64,000 nucleotides of DNA from Iphione sp. A-MEVVRFRX5 (taxonomy: Eukaryota). The stretch lies in the NCBI GenBank assembly GCA_976226885.1, contig OZ320313.1:248001-312000 (forward strand), given 5' to 3'. The translations under genes and the position numbers were made by a program. Under the pieces are notes generated by a model, which had not been told where the DNA came from, searched no databases, and saw nothing but the letters and a program-made list of their open reading frames with translations. Position 1 is the stretch's first letter. Every line of letters begins with the position of its first letter. This document shows positions 25,376 to 37,871 of this stretch, one piece after another.

Positions 25376-27310
25376 TTCCTCTAGCGAGGTCCCAGTTGCA
25401 TTTGCTTAAATAGGGCCCACCTTCGGCCTGGTACCCAACCCCCACCCTTCACACCAAAACACAAACACACAGACACTCACACACGCGCACACACTCACAC
25501 ACACACTGGCAGCACTCTGCAGTGAACGGTCCCATCGCTGGACTTTCTTACCCCGTCTTCCCACACATATACCTCACCCCCCCCCCTAGCGGCAACAGCC
25601 CCCACCCTGCCAGGGCTCCCGGGGTAGCTCCCAGAATCCTCTGCTGTTCCCGCCGCCATCTTGACTCCTCTAGGGTTTAGTTGGACTTTCGTTCTTTGGC
25701 GGTGCCTTCCTTTGGGATCTCTGCTCCTCCTGCTCCCACGCTCCCTCCGCCGTCACCTGCCGTTCGAGTCGCTCATTCGTCCAGGGCGAGCAAGTCGTCA
25801 AGTGCTCCGTTTGGTCTGAGTCTGGGAGCACGAGATCGAGCGCCCTTTCCTCTGCCCCGCGAGAACAAACCGTAGAGCAGATCCTTTTTTGCTGCCAGGT
25901 AGGTAGGTGGGCGAGTATGTATATATGTATGTGTGTACGTGAGGAGGAGGAGGGGGAGGCTTGGGTTGGCAGTAACGGGGTTAAGACTATGCGGTCTTCT
26001 CTACCAACTACCTGTGGAATCCTGGCACTTGACTGTAGTCCACTCTGGCCAACGTTTAATTATCACCGTATGAAGAGTGGTGAGCGAGGGAATGGTCATC
26101 GCTATACTTCATGTATTACCTGCTAAACCTGCTGGACAATTTACCAATATCTAATGTATAAGTGACTTCTGTGAGAACTAGATTTAACAAAATAAATGTT
26201 TTCTTAACTATGTATACCCTCTTAATTAACATTGGCTCTAACTCCCTCTTTGTTTTTTTGTCTCTATGCTGTATTAAGTAACTATTTTCTTGCAGTAGCT
26301 TGTTGAACTAACGTTTATCTCAGAACAATACTCCGACCTCTTGTACCGTGCAATGCTAACCTGCCTTTGCCTCTAACTCTTAGCTTCTCAGCGGATTCTC
26401 CCAACTCTGTACTTTATCCAGGACCTGTGACCTAGTATTGTCCACTCCCCACTTCCCTTTGCCTCTAACCATTCAGATATTGATAGTCTTCTGTGATCTC
26501 TATACGTTATGTACAGCACCTGTTTTCCTGTACCGTTCACCCTTTACCTGCCCTGCTCTCTCTCTCTAGATCCCGTCTACTCCAGCGGGCAGCCGTTGGC
26601 TTGGTAACCCCCGCCAGTTTGAAGCATATATATTTATACACACCCACACCTCCCACTCCACACGGGAAGTTTATAGATTGCTCGAGGGCAGGCGCTAGCG
26701 TCGGTGATGTCAATTTCCCCTGGTCAGAAATGGGGTTAACACTTGTAGATTTTACATTGTAAATCAATCTCAAGGATGGAAATGTGTTCCACCAGAGAGG
26801 CTGCCCCCTTGACTCCTTCCCTGTAGAATGAGCGGGTGACAAGCAGGGAATGGCGGGTTCTGCTTTGAACGTTGATTTAATTACATGCAAACTAAAGCCT
26901 GTTGAGTTACACAGTCTCTCAAAGCCACTCCTCAGTGAACTAGGGTCTTGGATCTTCCTAAGCGTCAAACAATTTCTGAAGTAGCTTTTTATGTCACAAG
27001 GGCGTTTCCATTGGTGGAGAGTCTATTATGATATCACAAAAGGTAAGAAACATTACATTGTAGCTGTGTGACTGACACTCCGGGGATGATGAAAATCAAC
27101 ATGATCTATTTCTATACCAATGCTCTTTAGAACCAATCACTGATTACAAAGTGGTTCTGCTACTGACTATGTACAGACAGAATAGAAATCAGTCAGGAAT
27201 TAGGGATAGGACCCGTTACCACCTGTCAACACATAAAGTAGAGAACACTTGGTAATAGCAGATAGGAGGGATTAGAGACGGTAAATGCAGGAAGCAGAAA
27301 ACAATCAGTC

Positions 27311-27570
27311 ACTAGAGATAGACACACTCGGTAGGCATATAGGTATAGGAAGCCTTACCATGTCTTGAACGCAACGAGAGATAGACACACTTGGTAGGCA
27401 TATAGGTATCGGAAGCCTGACCACGTCTTGAATGTAACTAGAGATAGACACATTTGGTAGGCATATAGGTATAGGAAGCCCGACCACACCTTGAACGTAA
27501 CTAGAGATAGACACACTCGGTAAGCATATAGGTATAGGAAGCCTGACCTCGTCTTGAACGTAACTAGAGA
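27311..27570. repeat. 63-bp minisatellite, 4 copies plus a partial copy
   Basis: Unit starts at 27311, 27374, 27437, 27500, 27563. Confidence 0.9.
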
Positions 27571-28235
27571 GAGCAGCTGTTACCAGCTGAAAATAGATAA
27601 AGTCAGGATATAGAGATAGTAAGATGGCTGTATGTGTCTACATCAAGTAGGAAACAAGCAGTAATTAGAGATATTACAGACTCTGAACACATTGGACAAA
27701 TCATCTGTTACAGTGGAACCTCTCTACGACGGACAGCACAGGGACTGACCAAAAACTGTACATAGAGGAAGATGTCTTTATCAGAAGAAGTACTTGAACA
27801 TATTTATATAGATTTAGTTGTTTCCAGCCTGTCCACAATGTGGAATGTCCTTAATAGTGGGGCTCCCATTTATATCTCAACTATTACATTTCATTAGAAA
27901 GATGACAGTGACATAGAGAGTCTTTCAATACTGCATTATGGGAAGGGGGACCCCCATTCTAACCCCCTCCCCCCACACACGTTGCCTATTTGTCTGATCA
28001 ACTGCTTATTACACCCTCTCAGTATTGTAAGGGTTTTGGGTGGGAATCCTCGGTAAGCGAAAAAATACCATATTTCCGACAAAATCTGCTGCAACAATTA
28101 GCATTTTTGAGTAAAATATGAGATGATTTTCATTTAACCGACGTGAATAGTCCCTGTGGAAAATCGGAGGTCGCCTGTATTTACATCACGCACCTCACCC
28201 TTACACTTGTGCCCTGTCAGTGTGTACATTCATCT

Positions 28236-28394
28236 CAGGCCCGTAGCCAGGAAGTTTTGTCGGGGGGTATCGGACGATACCCCTGATACCACTGGGGTGG
28301 AACTATTTTTTTCTATTCCCATAAAGGCTGATAGACATTAATTGCTTTGGGGGTATCGTCCGATACCCCCGATACCCCCTTGGCTACGGGTGTG
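28236..28394. mobile_element. 159-bp MITE with imperfect TIRs and a 5-bp TSD
   Basis: CAGGCCCGTAGCC / GGCTACGGGTGTG (11 of 13 match), inverted subterminal GGGGTATCG..CGATACCCC blocks, and CATCT on both sides. Confidence 0.65.
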
Positions 28395-29459
28395 CATCTG
28401 CCTATGCAGATTTAGTGTCGCCATCTTTGATATTATCACTCAGTCGCTGTATTCTGACCGGTTGGGCGCCCTATTATCGCCTGACCGTCATTTGTACAGA
28501 TTTTTTCTGACAGATAGGATTTTAGCAGAGCCTGATGTGACTTTGGCAAGTCGACAAACGGACTGAACTCTTGTCTCTCGACCCCCATTTTCTCTTTAGC
28601 TCCAGACCTAGAACAGCCAATGAGAGTCGAAGTGCTGTTCAGGTGGCATTGGTGTCACGTGGAAGTAAAGTTCGTCTGAAGCAGCTATAGCTGCTTAGCC
28701 CTGGCTGCAGCTGTGGGTGATAATATAATCCATTGTACAGTTTGTTTTCATTGGTCCAGGTCAGGCTTGAGACAACAAGAAATGCATACTGTTGGAAGGG
28801 CTTCACTTGAGCTTTCCTGCTTCTAAAGAAATGATATGCCAGGAGAAAATAAATCTTGGGGTTCTGAGGCTACTTTGCCTTGGAGTTGAGTAGCAGAGTT
28901 GGGGATATCATATGGGTATTAAATTTCTTATGCTTTGAGAGGTAACATCTATCACATATGATTCACTGAAATGTATCTGGACTTTCTTTTTCTATTAAGT
29001 CTCGCCATCTAGAATGCTTGCACTTGATTTAATCAGGTGACAGCTACTGGTGTTATATTGAATCTTCCTCGCCCTCGCATGGGAACAAAACGATTCCCTC
29101 TATAACTAAATCACCTAATCACAAACATAGTGCCTCACTGACATGACTTACAGCTACTCGTTATAAGAAATCTTGCAAAGACAGACACATGTATATGTGT
29201 GTGTGTTTGTGAATCTGTGTGTCTGTGAGCCACACAGTCATATATATATATGTACATATCGGTTCTTACTACTCTTCAAAATATCATGTCACTCTGCAGT
29301 AAAACCGGAGGTACATTAGTTTTGAGACAGATATGTTTGGACTTGCTTATAGCCAGTTCGGAAAAGGACTCATTTGCAAGATGTCCTCTAGTGAGTGTTA
29401 GTTGATAATTGCTTACACTCTGACAGCTGATCTGGAAATCACTGCCCCTGATATCACAG

Positions 29460-29915
29460 CATTTTCTGACAGGTGATTAGTGTATTCTGACAGGATCTTC
29501 TGTCAGATGGATCCTGACAGTATCTTCTGTCAGATGATATGTGGATCCTGACAGTATCATCTGACAGATGAATCCTGACAGTATCATGATTTGTGGACCC
29601 TGACAGTGCCTTCTGTCAGATAGATCCTGACAGTATCTTCTGTCAGGTGATATGTGGATCCTGACAGTACCTTCTGTTAGATGACATGTGGATCCTGTCA
29701 GTGTCTTCTGACAGATTATATATGGAACCTAGCAATACCTTCTGATGGATGATGTCTGGATCCTCACTAAGCTCCTGACAGATGATTAGAGCATTGTCAC
29801 TAACCTTGAGAGATGATCTGGAGATCCTCTCACATCCTGACAGATGAACTGCTAACCTTCTCATTATCTACTGACAGCTGATCTCTGGATTCTCACTCAG
29901 TTTCTGACAGATGAT
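29460..29915. repeat. Degenerate minisatellite of CTGACAG/CTGTCAG mini-hairpins
   Basis: Repeated GGATCCTGACAGTATCTTCTGTCAGATG-like units. Confidence 0.75.
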
Positions 29916-32900
29916 ATGTTAATCCTAATTCACCCTCTGACATGTCATCATTTCCTGATGGTACTCACTTATAATTTCGCTTGCCGTTCTGACTGATTAT
30001 ATTCAGGTTATGTTGAACCTGACTTACGTTATCTCATTTTCTATTGAAAATTGATTGCTCTCTGAAACACTATCTGCAGGGCCTCACTCTCACTAGCACA
30101 CGAGACATTTCCATGAAAACATACATAATTTCCGGGAAAGAAACGATGTGATGGGCTTATGCCCCTTAAAAAACAGCAGCTAATTATTTTTATGAGAATT
30201 ATCATTCAAGATTCTGCCGCAGTGACCAATATATATAGTTTAAGTGAAATGAGGAAATAGAACCTAAAATTCCTATCAACCACCCCCCCCAACAAAATAC
30301 ACGATCCGTAGCCATGACACACATACATACACACATGCACACACACACACACAAACACTCACACAGCACGGCCAGATGATACCCTACTCGTTCATTCATG
30401 ACTACATCCCCAAACAATCGCCGTGCGGTTCTCTAAGGACACTCGAGATATATTTAGGTACAGATCCCCTCAGCGTTACTTTCCTTGTTTACCACCAGAC
30501 ATCCACCTAGTGAACTTTCCAACACAAGTCTCCATCACCACTAAATGCGTACACGTGCAGCGATCTCTGGTGGAGCGCGTGGTTGCCGCAGGCTCTGATT
30601 TCTAGGGTTTCTAACAGGGTGTCAGTGTTTTGATTTCTTGTTTCTTTACCCTCTGTTCCTCTTCCGTACCGCCTTCTCCCCCTCCTCCTCCCCCTTCCTC
30701 CTCTCCTCCTCCTTCTCCCCTCGTCCTGCTCCACTTCCTCCCCCTACTCCTCCTCCTCCTCCCATATGTCTTCCCATTCTCCTCGTCGTCGTCCTGTTTT
30801 GCTTACGTTGAGGTTCCGCAGCCCTTTGCTGACGATTGTAGTTATGGTGAGAAAGGAGGAGGGGGAGGAGTGAAAACATGGGAGGGAGTGTCCGGTTGGA
30901 GGTAAACATGGGAGCTCCAGCCAAGGTGGAGATTTCACTCGTAGTGTAACTTTTGAAGCAAAAAGTAGGGCAGCCAAGAAGTGATAATTCAACCCTAATT
31001 CTTTATCATTATTCAGGTGTTTCTCCCTAGATATAATATGAACTACTGGTACAATATACCGTCAGACTATGAAGAACCAAAAGAAGCAGTAGGGGTTTAG
31101 TAAGTCAACGGTGACCTATTTGTCAATATCACTGCTGTTTTGTTCCTCACATATATTAGATATATTACTGGATAGATTTACAGGCATGCTCTAACTTCTG
31201 ATGTAGAGAACAGAGATGAAAGGAATTAGTAATTCAACAGTTGAACATGTTGAAGAATAGGCCTAGTAAAATAATATCTGTGTTACCTGGTAACCCGACC
31301 GACTTTTTTCTAATGGAACATTTCATTTTTTCATGGTCTTTTAAATTTCTTCAGCATGAATCAAGATAGATTCATCCATGCACCATTTTGTTGGGCAGAC
31401 CATGAGCTTTCAGATGATACCCGTTTCGTTGAAGTCTACTCTATAGAAGTGGCCTTGTATAGTTATGCCTTAGGTCCGGTTTTCATACATACGGTGGTAT
31501 GTGTGTGTGATTTTGTGTGTTTCTGTGCACTTTTATTGGTATATAAGCTAAAAGTGAGATGGTTTCCATACCTGCAGTAGCTGTGCATGTTCATTGATGT
31601 TCGCTGACGTGTGTTGCCTGTTGTTTGGCCCTGGGCTGCAAATTTGCTGCAAATGCACGGCAATGCACAGTAGCATAGGGAGATGAGGGTATTTAGCAGT
31701 ATTATTTCCTCATATTTCCTCACATTTCTTCACTTTCAACATGATTTATGGCCATGTCCGCATATGTCAGTCCTTTTCCATTTTTTTTATCAAACCAGAC
31801 ATTTACATGTGTTTACTTCATTATACAAGATAGGGACCTATTCATACAGGATGTGGTAAATGTAAGGATGTGGTAAATGTAACTTAATCCTTCATGATTT
31901 ACAAACCTACTGACCTTATTATACAAAATTTGTAATCGTACGACATGAATTTATTTGGAGAGATTTAATACAGGCTAACTAAATAACTCAATATACAGAT
32001 ACGCCTAAATAAGAAGATAGTTGATGAAAGATTTAACACCTGAATACATCAATTAATCCAACAGGATTACAACCTATCACAAAATAGAGTGAACTTCTCA
32101 GTGGAGGAATAGACATATACGACGATTTAGACTACAAAGAACTCTCCATACCGATTCCGAATCTATATGCCACCTTATGTTGATGCTACCATTAGCGAGT
32201 AGATGCCTGCTATCGATACACTCTCTCGACAAGAGACCTTTTATCTTCCCCTGACGCTGTTGATGCTGGTCTTCTGCCCCAGCTTGTCGGGTAGTAAGAT
32301 GGCGTGTGTGTGAAGTGCTGGGTGGCTGGACACTGACTCCTTCCTGGAAGTAGATACCGGTGAAACCTCGCTATTCTGACACTACGTGCCTCCAAGTGAT
32401 CATGCCTGGAATAGCGAGGGTGGTGGTACAGTTGGGCACTATCTTATTTTTGCAGAATGGAATCAGAATTAGGGACTTCTTGGCACTTCACCTTTTCGCT
32501 GCCTGAGAGGCTGGGATCTTTTGAGTTTTCTGTGTAGGATAATGTGTGAGTGTTTCTATGACTGTGTGCAGCGCATGAAAATCTTCCGTACCATCTTCAA
32601 ATTAGTACCACTGAATGATTTGAAATAGATTGCTTCACATTACATGTGTATCGCTTTGCAGTCTTAGATTTGGAGTACTCTGTTTCAAGCGCCAAATCAC
32701 GTGTCTGCTCCCTTCGTATTTCATTGAACAGATATTTTCATTCAAACCTGATTTTATACACCTCTTCATATACAAAACATCCCAGCAGAAAGGTTTAGGA
32801 GCATATGGAAGCGTATTCGACTACTAGTTGTATCTTCAAGAAGCACCACGGCTGCACACAGCACATTAATTTGTTTCACAAAATAATATGTTAAATTACC

Positions 32901-35371
32901 ATTCCAGCATCCTCCAATTCGCTATAAGGGAACGTAACTTCAGAATTCAAGAACTTTATCTTCCAATTCAGCGATTGCTTTATTGTAGTGTGGTTGTCTA
33001 CGGGAAATGTAGGTTTCCTGTCGGCTAGATACAGGGATATGCACTCCCTAATGAGTGTAGACTGGAATAGGTCTCCGTGATCGTTTTCTATTTACGCCTT
33101 TCTTACATCCCTCATCATACATATGCAGATGCAGGATTATGCAGTCCCGAACATGTCTACACTAGAGTAGGTCTCTGCACTCATTACAAATTAACAGTTT
33201 TCCTCTATGCTTCACGCATAGGTAGTAACAGGAGTGTGCACGCCCTAATGTGTGTACACAAGAACAGGTCCCCATAATCATTTTATGAACAGTTTATAAA
33301 TGCTTCAAGATATACAAGTATTGTAGGTATACTTTATCCCTTATTTTAACATACATGGGTGTAAACTGGTGTGTGCACCCCAATGGCCAATATACCTCGT
33401 GTGTATTGACCTAGAAGATTATTTACTACGATCATCGTTACACTGAAGGTAGGTCTGGCCATGGGGAGGAGCTCTCACACCCATGTGATTAATTACAGCT
33501 GAATTATTATTTTATAATCACTTAGGTAGATGTATTCCATGGAAATATTAGAAAAGAATACAAGTATTGTATATGTAGTTGTGAATTTGAATGGTTTCAG
33601 TAAAATCAGAATATCACATTGGACTACTTTCTGTCAGTAAAGTGTATAAATACCAACACATAGGCCTTCACACTGTGTCCAGTAAAGCAGAACCGACGGT
33701 TGTAAATTTGAAGCACCTCAGTCGGTCACACCTCCTAAACGGGTGGGCGCCGAAGGCGCTTGTCTTCATTTAAAATGTTTCTCTTTAAAGCAACTATTTC
33801 TTGCTTAGTTTTTCCACCACAGTGATGTGAGTAAAGAATGGTGGTAACATGATGGAGCAATGCACTTTCAGAATATGGACGCCATCAACGTCACATTCCT
33901 TCCCAACATGAGACGTTCAAAGAATGGCAAAATTAGCAACAAAAATCTATCCGACTGCAGAAATGACAACATACAGATATAGATTACAGGAAATCCTGTA
34001 CGTAATGTTATCATTATATCTTCAGATAACATAAAAGAGAGTTCTGCGAAGAATAAAACAAATTATTCACACAGATCTGTGATAAATCTCTTGAACTGAA
34101 GTAGACACGTAGACGACTGTTATGAGTAATCATCTACGGCATGTCATCTAACCATGCCAGCAGAAAGCTGTAGGGAATAACACCTGTTGTTAATACAGTC
34201 TCAACGTGACAAAACGGTGGCAGTTGTGATTGTCATTTAACGGGTGACTAGGACAAGATGGATCTCTATACCAGGTGTCCAGAAATATAAGAAAATGGCG
34301 AAAGGAAACACGAAGACGCCCCCTGATGGCCAGAGAAGAAATTAGTGGACACAATTACAAATGGCGTTTATAGGTACCGTGGAGAGCTTAGTGCTCTTAT
34401 CTTACTGCTCCTACCTGTGTTGTGCTCAGATTACTATTCTGCCCATCTCACGGAGAAGACAGCGCAACTGTTTTCACAGGTGTTCCACTGAGTGCTTCAC
34501 CTACGTTTCGGGTCCGCACTGCGATAAACTTTACGTTACGGGACTATATATATTTATGTATATATTTATACATATCATCTTTCAGATGATGGATCATGTT
34601 TATCCGTGCTGACTCTGTGAGGACAACAATGTTACGATATGTTTGTATAAAGGGAGTGGAGCAAGCATTAAACACGGAGGTTGAAACAAACTTCCGAATT
34701 ATCAGAATCAAAGAATCAATGGCCTGAATCAATGGTGGACAGGGCAGTGAGGAAATTTATTTTTAAAAAATACAAAGTGAAAACATATCGAGGAAAAAGA
34801 GTGATAAACACATGCCTATTATTTAAGATAATGTAAGAACAACAAACTTATCAATGAAGAATAAGATAACAAAACATTCTTATTGGTAAAAGATACGGTA
34901 AGAAAAGCATCCTTATTAGTTTCAGTGACATCTTTACATAAGGAGGTAAATACCACAAGTTGAAACATATAAATAGCACATGGGACATCTTGTGATGGGA
35001 ATATGCCATGGCTATATGGGGAAACCCACTTAGGGCCTGAGCCATACAGAGAAACCCTGATGAGATGTCCAGGACGTGTGGCCACGATGGCTACCTATAC
35101 CTATACCAGGGTATACTCTAGTGCCCCTATATGTCGGCCTCGGACTGCAGACTGGGTGCTCTGCTCATGCTTCAGGTGGAAGGAAGGGATGAGGCCTAAA
35201 AAGATGTCTGTGCTTCTCGTAACATGTAGGGAAACGATGAGGTCAGTAGATCAGTAGGGAGCTCCAGTCTAAATTCTATTTCTGACCTCATCGATTTCCG
35301 ACCAAATCCACCATTCAGACTATTATAGCTGGGAACCGAGTCATTGCATATACATAATCAATATATCAATA

Positions 35372-35759
35372 CAGTCATTACTCAAAAACCGAACGATCGC
35401 CGTTTCAGGTAATTTCGTTCGGTTTTCTGGAAATTCGGATTTCGAATTGTAGCCTAAGGCCACTTTTCAACATACTTGTCATATTTTTCAGCCAATAATC
35501 AGCAAAATTTAGGCAAATTCATCCAAAAATCGTCAAATTATAGGCAAATTCGTCTGAAAATCGGCAAAAACCAGCCAAATTCGTCAAAAACCAGCCAAAA
35601 ACCAGCCAAATTCGTCAAAAGCCAGCCAAATACGTCTGAAAATCGGCAAAAATCAGCCAAAATTGGCCAAAAATGTCCGGATTTCGGATTAAAATGTTCG
35701 GTTATATGAGTATTTGGGAAAATTCGGTTTTTGAGGGTTCGGTTTTGGAGTAACCACTG
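35372..35759. mobile_element. TA-flanked MITE (Tc1/mariner/pogo-like)
   Basis: TIR CAGTCATTACTCAAAAACCGAAC versus GTTCGGTTTTGGAGTAACCACTG (3 mismatches), TA on both sides, internal CCAGCCAAA repeats. Confidence 0.7.
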
Positions 35760-37871
35760 TACATCCATTTCCAACCAAATTCTGATCAATCACTGTAGGG
35801 TCAATATTGGTGTATTTTACTACCGATTTATGACCGATTGGTTTGACTAACACCTGTGGAGGGTTATTCATTGTGTAACATGTCACAAGAAGTGTCACAA
35901 CGACCCATAGGATGTCCAAGCTCAGAGTGTTGAAGGGTTATTCATTGTCTAAAGTGTCACCAAAGGTGTAACTGAGACCACTCCTCCTCAATAGAAGAGA
36001 ATGATTGAAGGGATATTTGTTGTCTATACAGACTATACTCATCAAATTTAGCACTTTTAGGACCCTTACTCATCAAATTCAGCATTTTCTGGTATCTTAC
36101 TTGTCAAATTCACCATTAAATGTACTAGATATTAAAATAAATCAATTTCCGACCATTCTCGCTATTACGACCATTCGAGCATAGACCAGAGTGGTGGTTG
36201 GAAAAGAGTTTTGACTATAGTTTTTTTTGCATTGTTAATGCATCCTACAAAGGACTTATGCGTATGGTAATACCGCTTTTGATTTTTTTTATGAAGCATA
36301 GACCATATGAAAGCCAAAGAACAGGGAACAAAATAATTTTTTGTATGAGGCTCAACCATTCTTCATTGTGAAGATATACATAAAATGAAAAGTTACTAGT
36401 GGCCTTAATGTAGGGTCGGTTCGGTTACCAGACACACAGGTACATTTTAATAGGCCTTTTCGAAATGTTCTATTGTTAAAAGGTCTGATATTTTGCAGTA
36501 TTCGGAAATCCTTCTATTTAAATATAATTTATATTATTTTAAGATTACCTGTGGTTGGATGAGTGACAAAGTACAACTCAAACCAGGTCAAAGTACAACT
36601 CACACCAGGTCAGATCTGTCATTGAAGTTTGAGTCTTCATTGCTGAGCGACAGTACATATCCGAGACGAAAGGTTACTATAGGAAGACTACTGATGCTCA
36701 CTTAGCACAAAATATCTATATAATTTATTCTTGAACAGGGTCAAGTTTATATTTCAGTCCAACTTAAGGTTAAGGACTTTAGTCTACATCAAGGTCACAG
36801 GATCATTTATTGCTCTAGGAAGTCCTGACTTCCAATCATCTTACCGTTTACTCCAATAGACAGAGAGGTGCTCCCTCTCTGTCAGATACCATGTAGCATA
36901 ATCAAGTAGGTCCCATATATATACTGCTAGAACCTTCTCCTATATTACCATATGCTGTATCCTTCAATATTTATATCAGTATACTATTCTACGAAATGCT
37001 CTTGATACTGAACTATCTGAAGACATGTCGCCTTTCTTTGCAGACTGTCTCTTATGTTGTTAGAATATATAATAATTCTCCATATCTATATAAAAGTTCA
37101 AGTACTATACAAAATTCCCATGTAGTATAACGTTTAGGAAAATGTGAAGTGAGTAATAACTAATAACAGCCAGCTCCCCAGTGCACCACCATTACCTGGT
37201 AACCTTTATATCAGTATCGTACCTGGAAAAGTGGTTAGATGTTTAACCGCCAGGTGGGGAGGGGTGAAGCCTTGTAGTAGTCCACATCAGATCGTCAGCA
37301 GACTATACCCGTTACAAGGGATTAAAACGGGTGTCACTCTAGCAGCTCCTGTTAGGCTGAAGGTCAAAGTATAGCAATACAGGGTGTGAAGGTGAAACTC
37401 TATAAAGAAACTTTTAAAATGTCATTATTGGAAAAGAATTTAAGAGGTGATTGGGATATGCTAATCAATGGAAGAATATTACAGTTTTCCTTTTATCATT
37501 TAAAAGCCTTTTTATTCGGATAAGTTGGCAATGGACCCACCGCCTGACTGTCCCCCACACCGCTTCAAAGTGTATTTTTTGTCTTTTATGACATCACGAT
37601 AAACCCTCGACAATTGACAACTCATGTGTATTACCCATTGGGAAAACAGATTTGCAGCTATAACATCTGAACCAGTTACAACTATTTCCTATTAGTTACA
37701 AACCTTTCAGCTGTTACTAGTATTTATAATCAGGCTACATGCCACCTGCTACAAGTTTTTATCAGTTGCAAACCTCCCAGATGTTACTGTTACTGACAAG
37801 CCTATAAGTGTTGTTACTTAAGGGTGTCTATTGTTATTAATCATTCCAGGGAAGACCTTCTCAGCTGTGAA

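Noticed and set aside
24795-25445. 216-aa minus-strand ORF and similar ORFs at 30507-30992
   Set aside because: Translations of simple GA/CT repeats.
24125-27570. 43-bp and 63-bp arrays as CRISPR-like loci
   Set aside because: Contiguous tandem units with no unique spacers, in a eukaryotic context.
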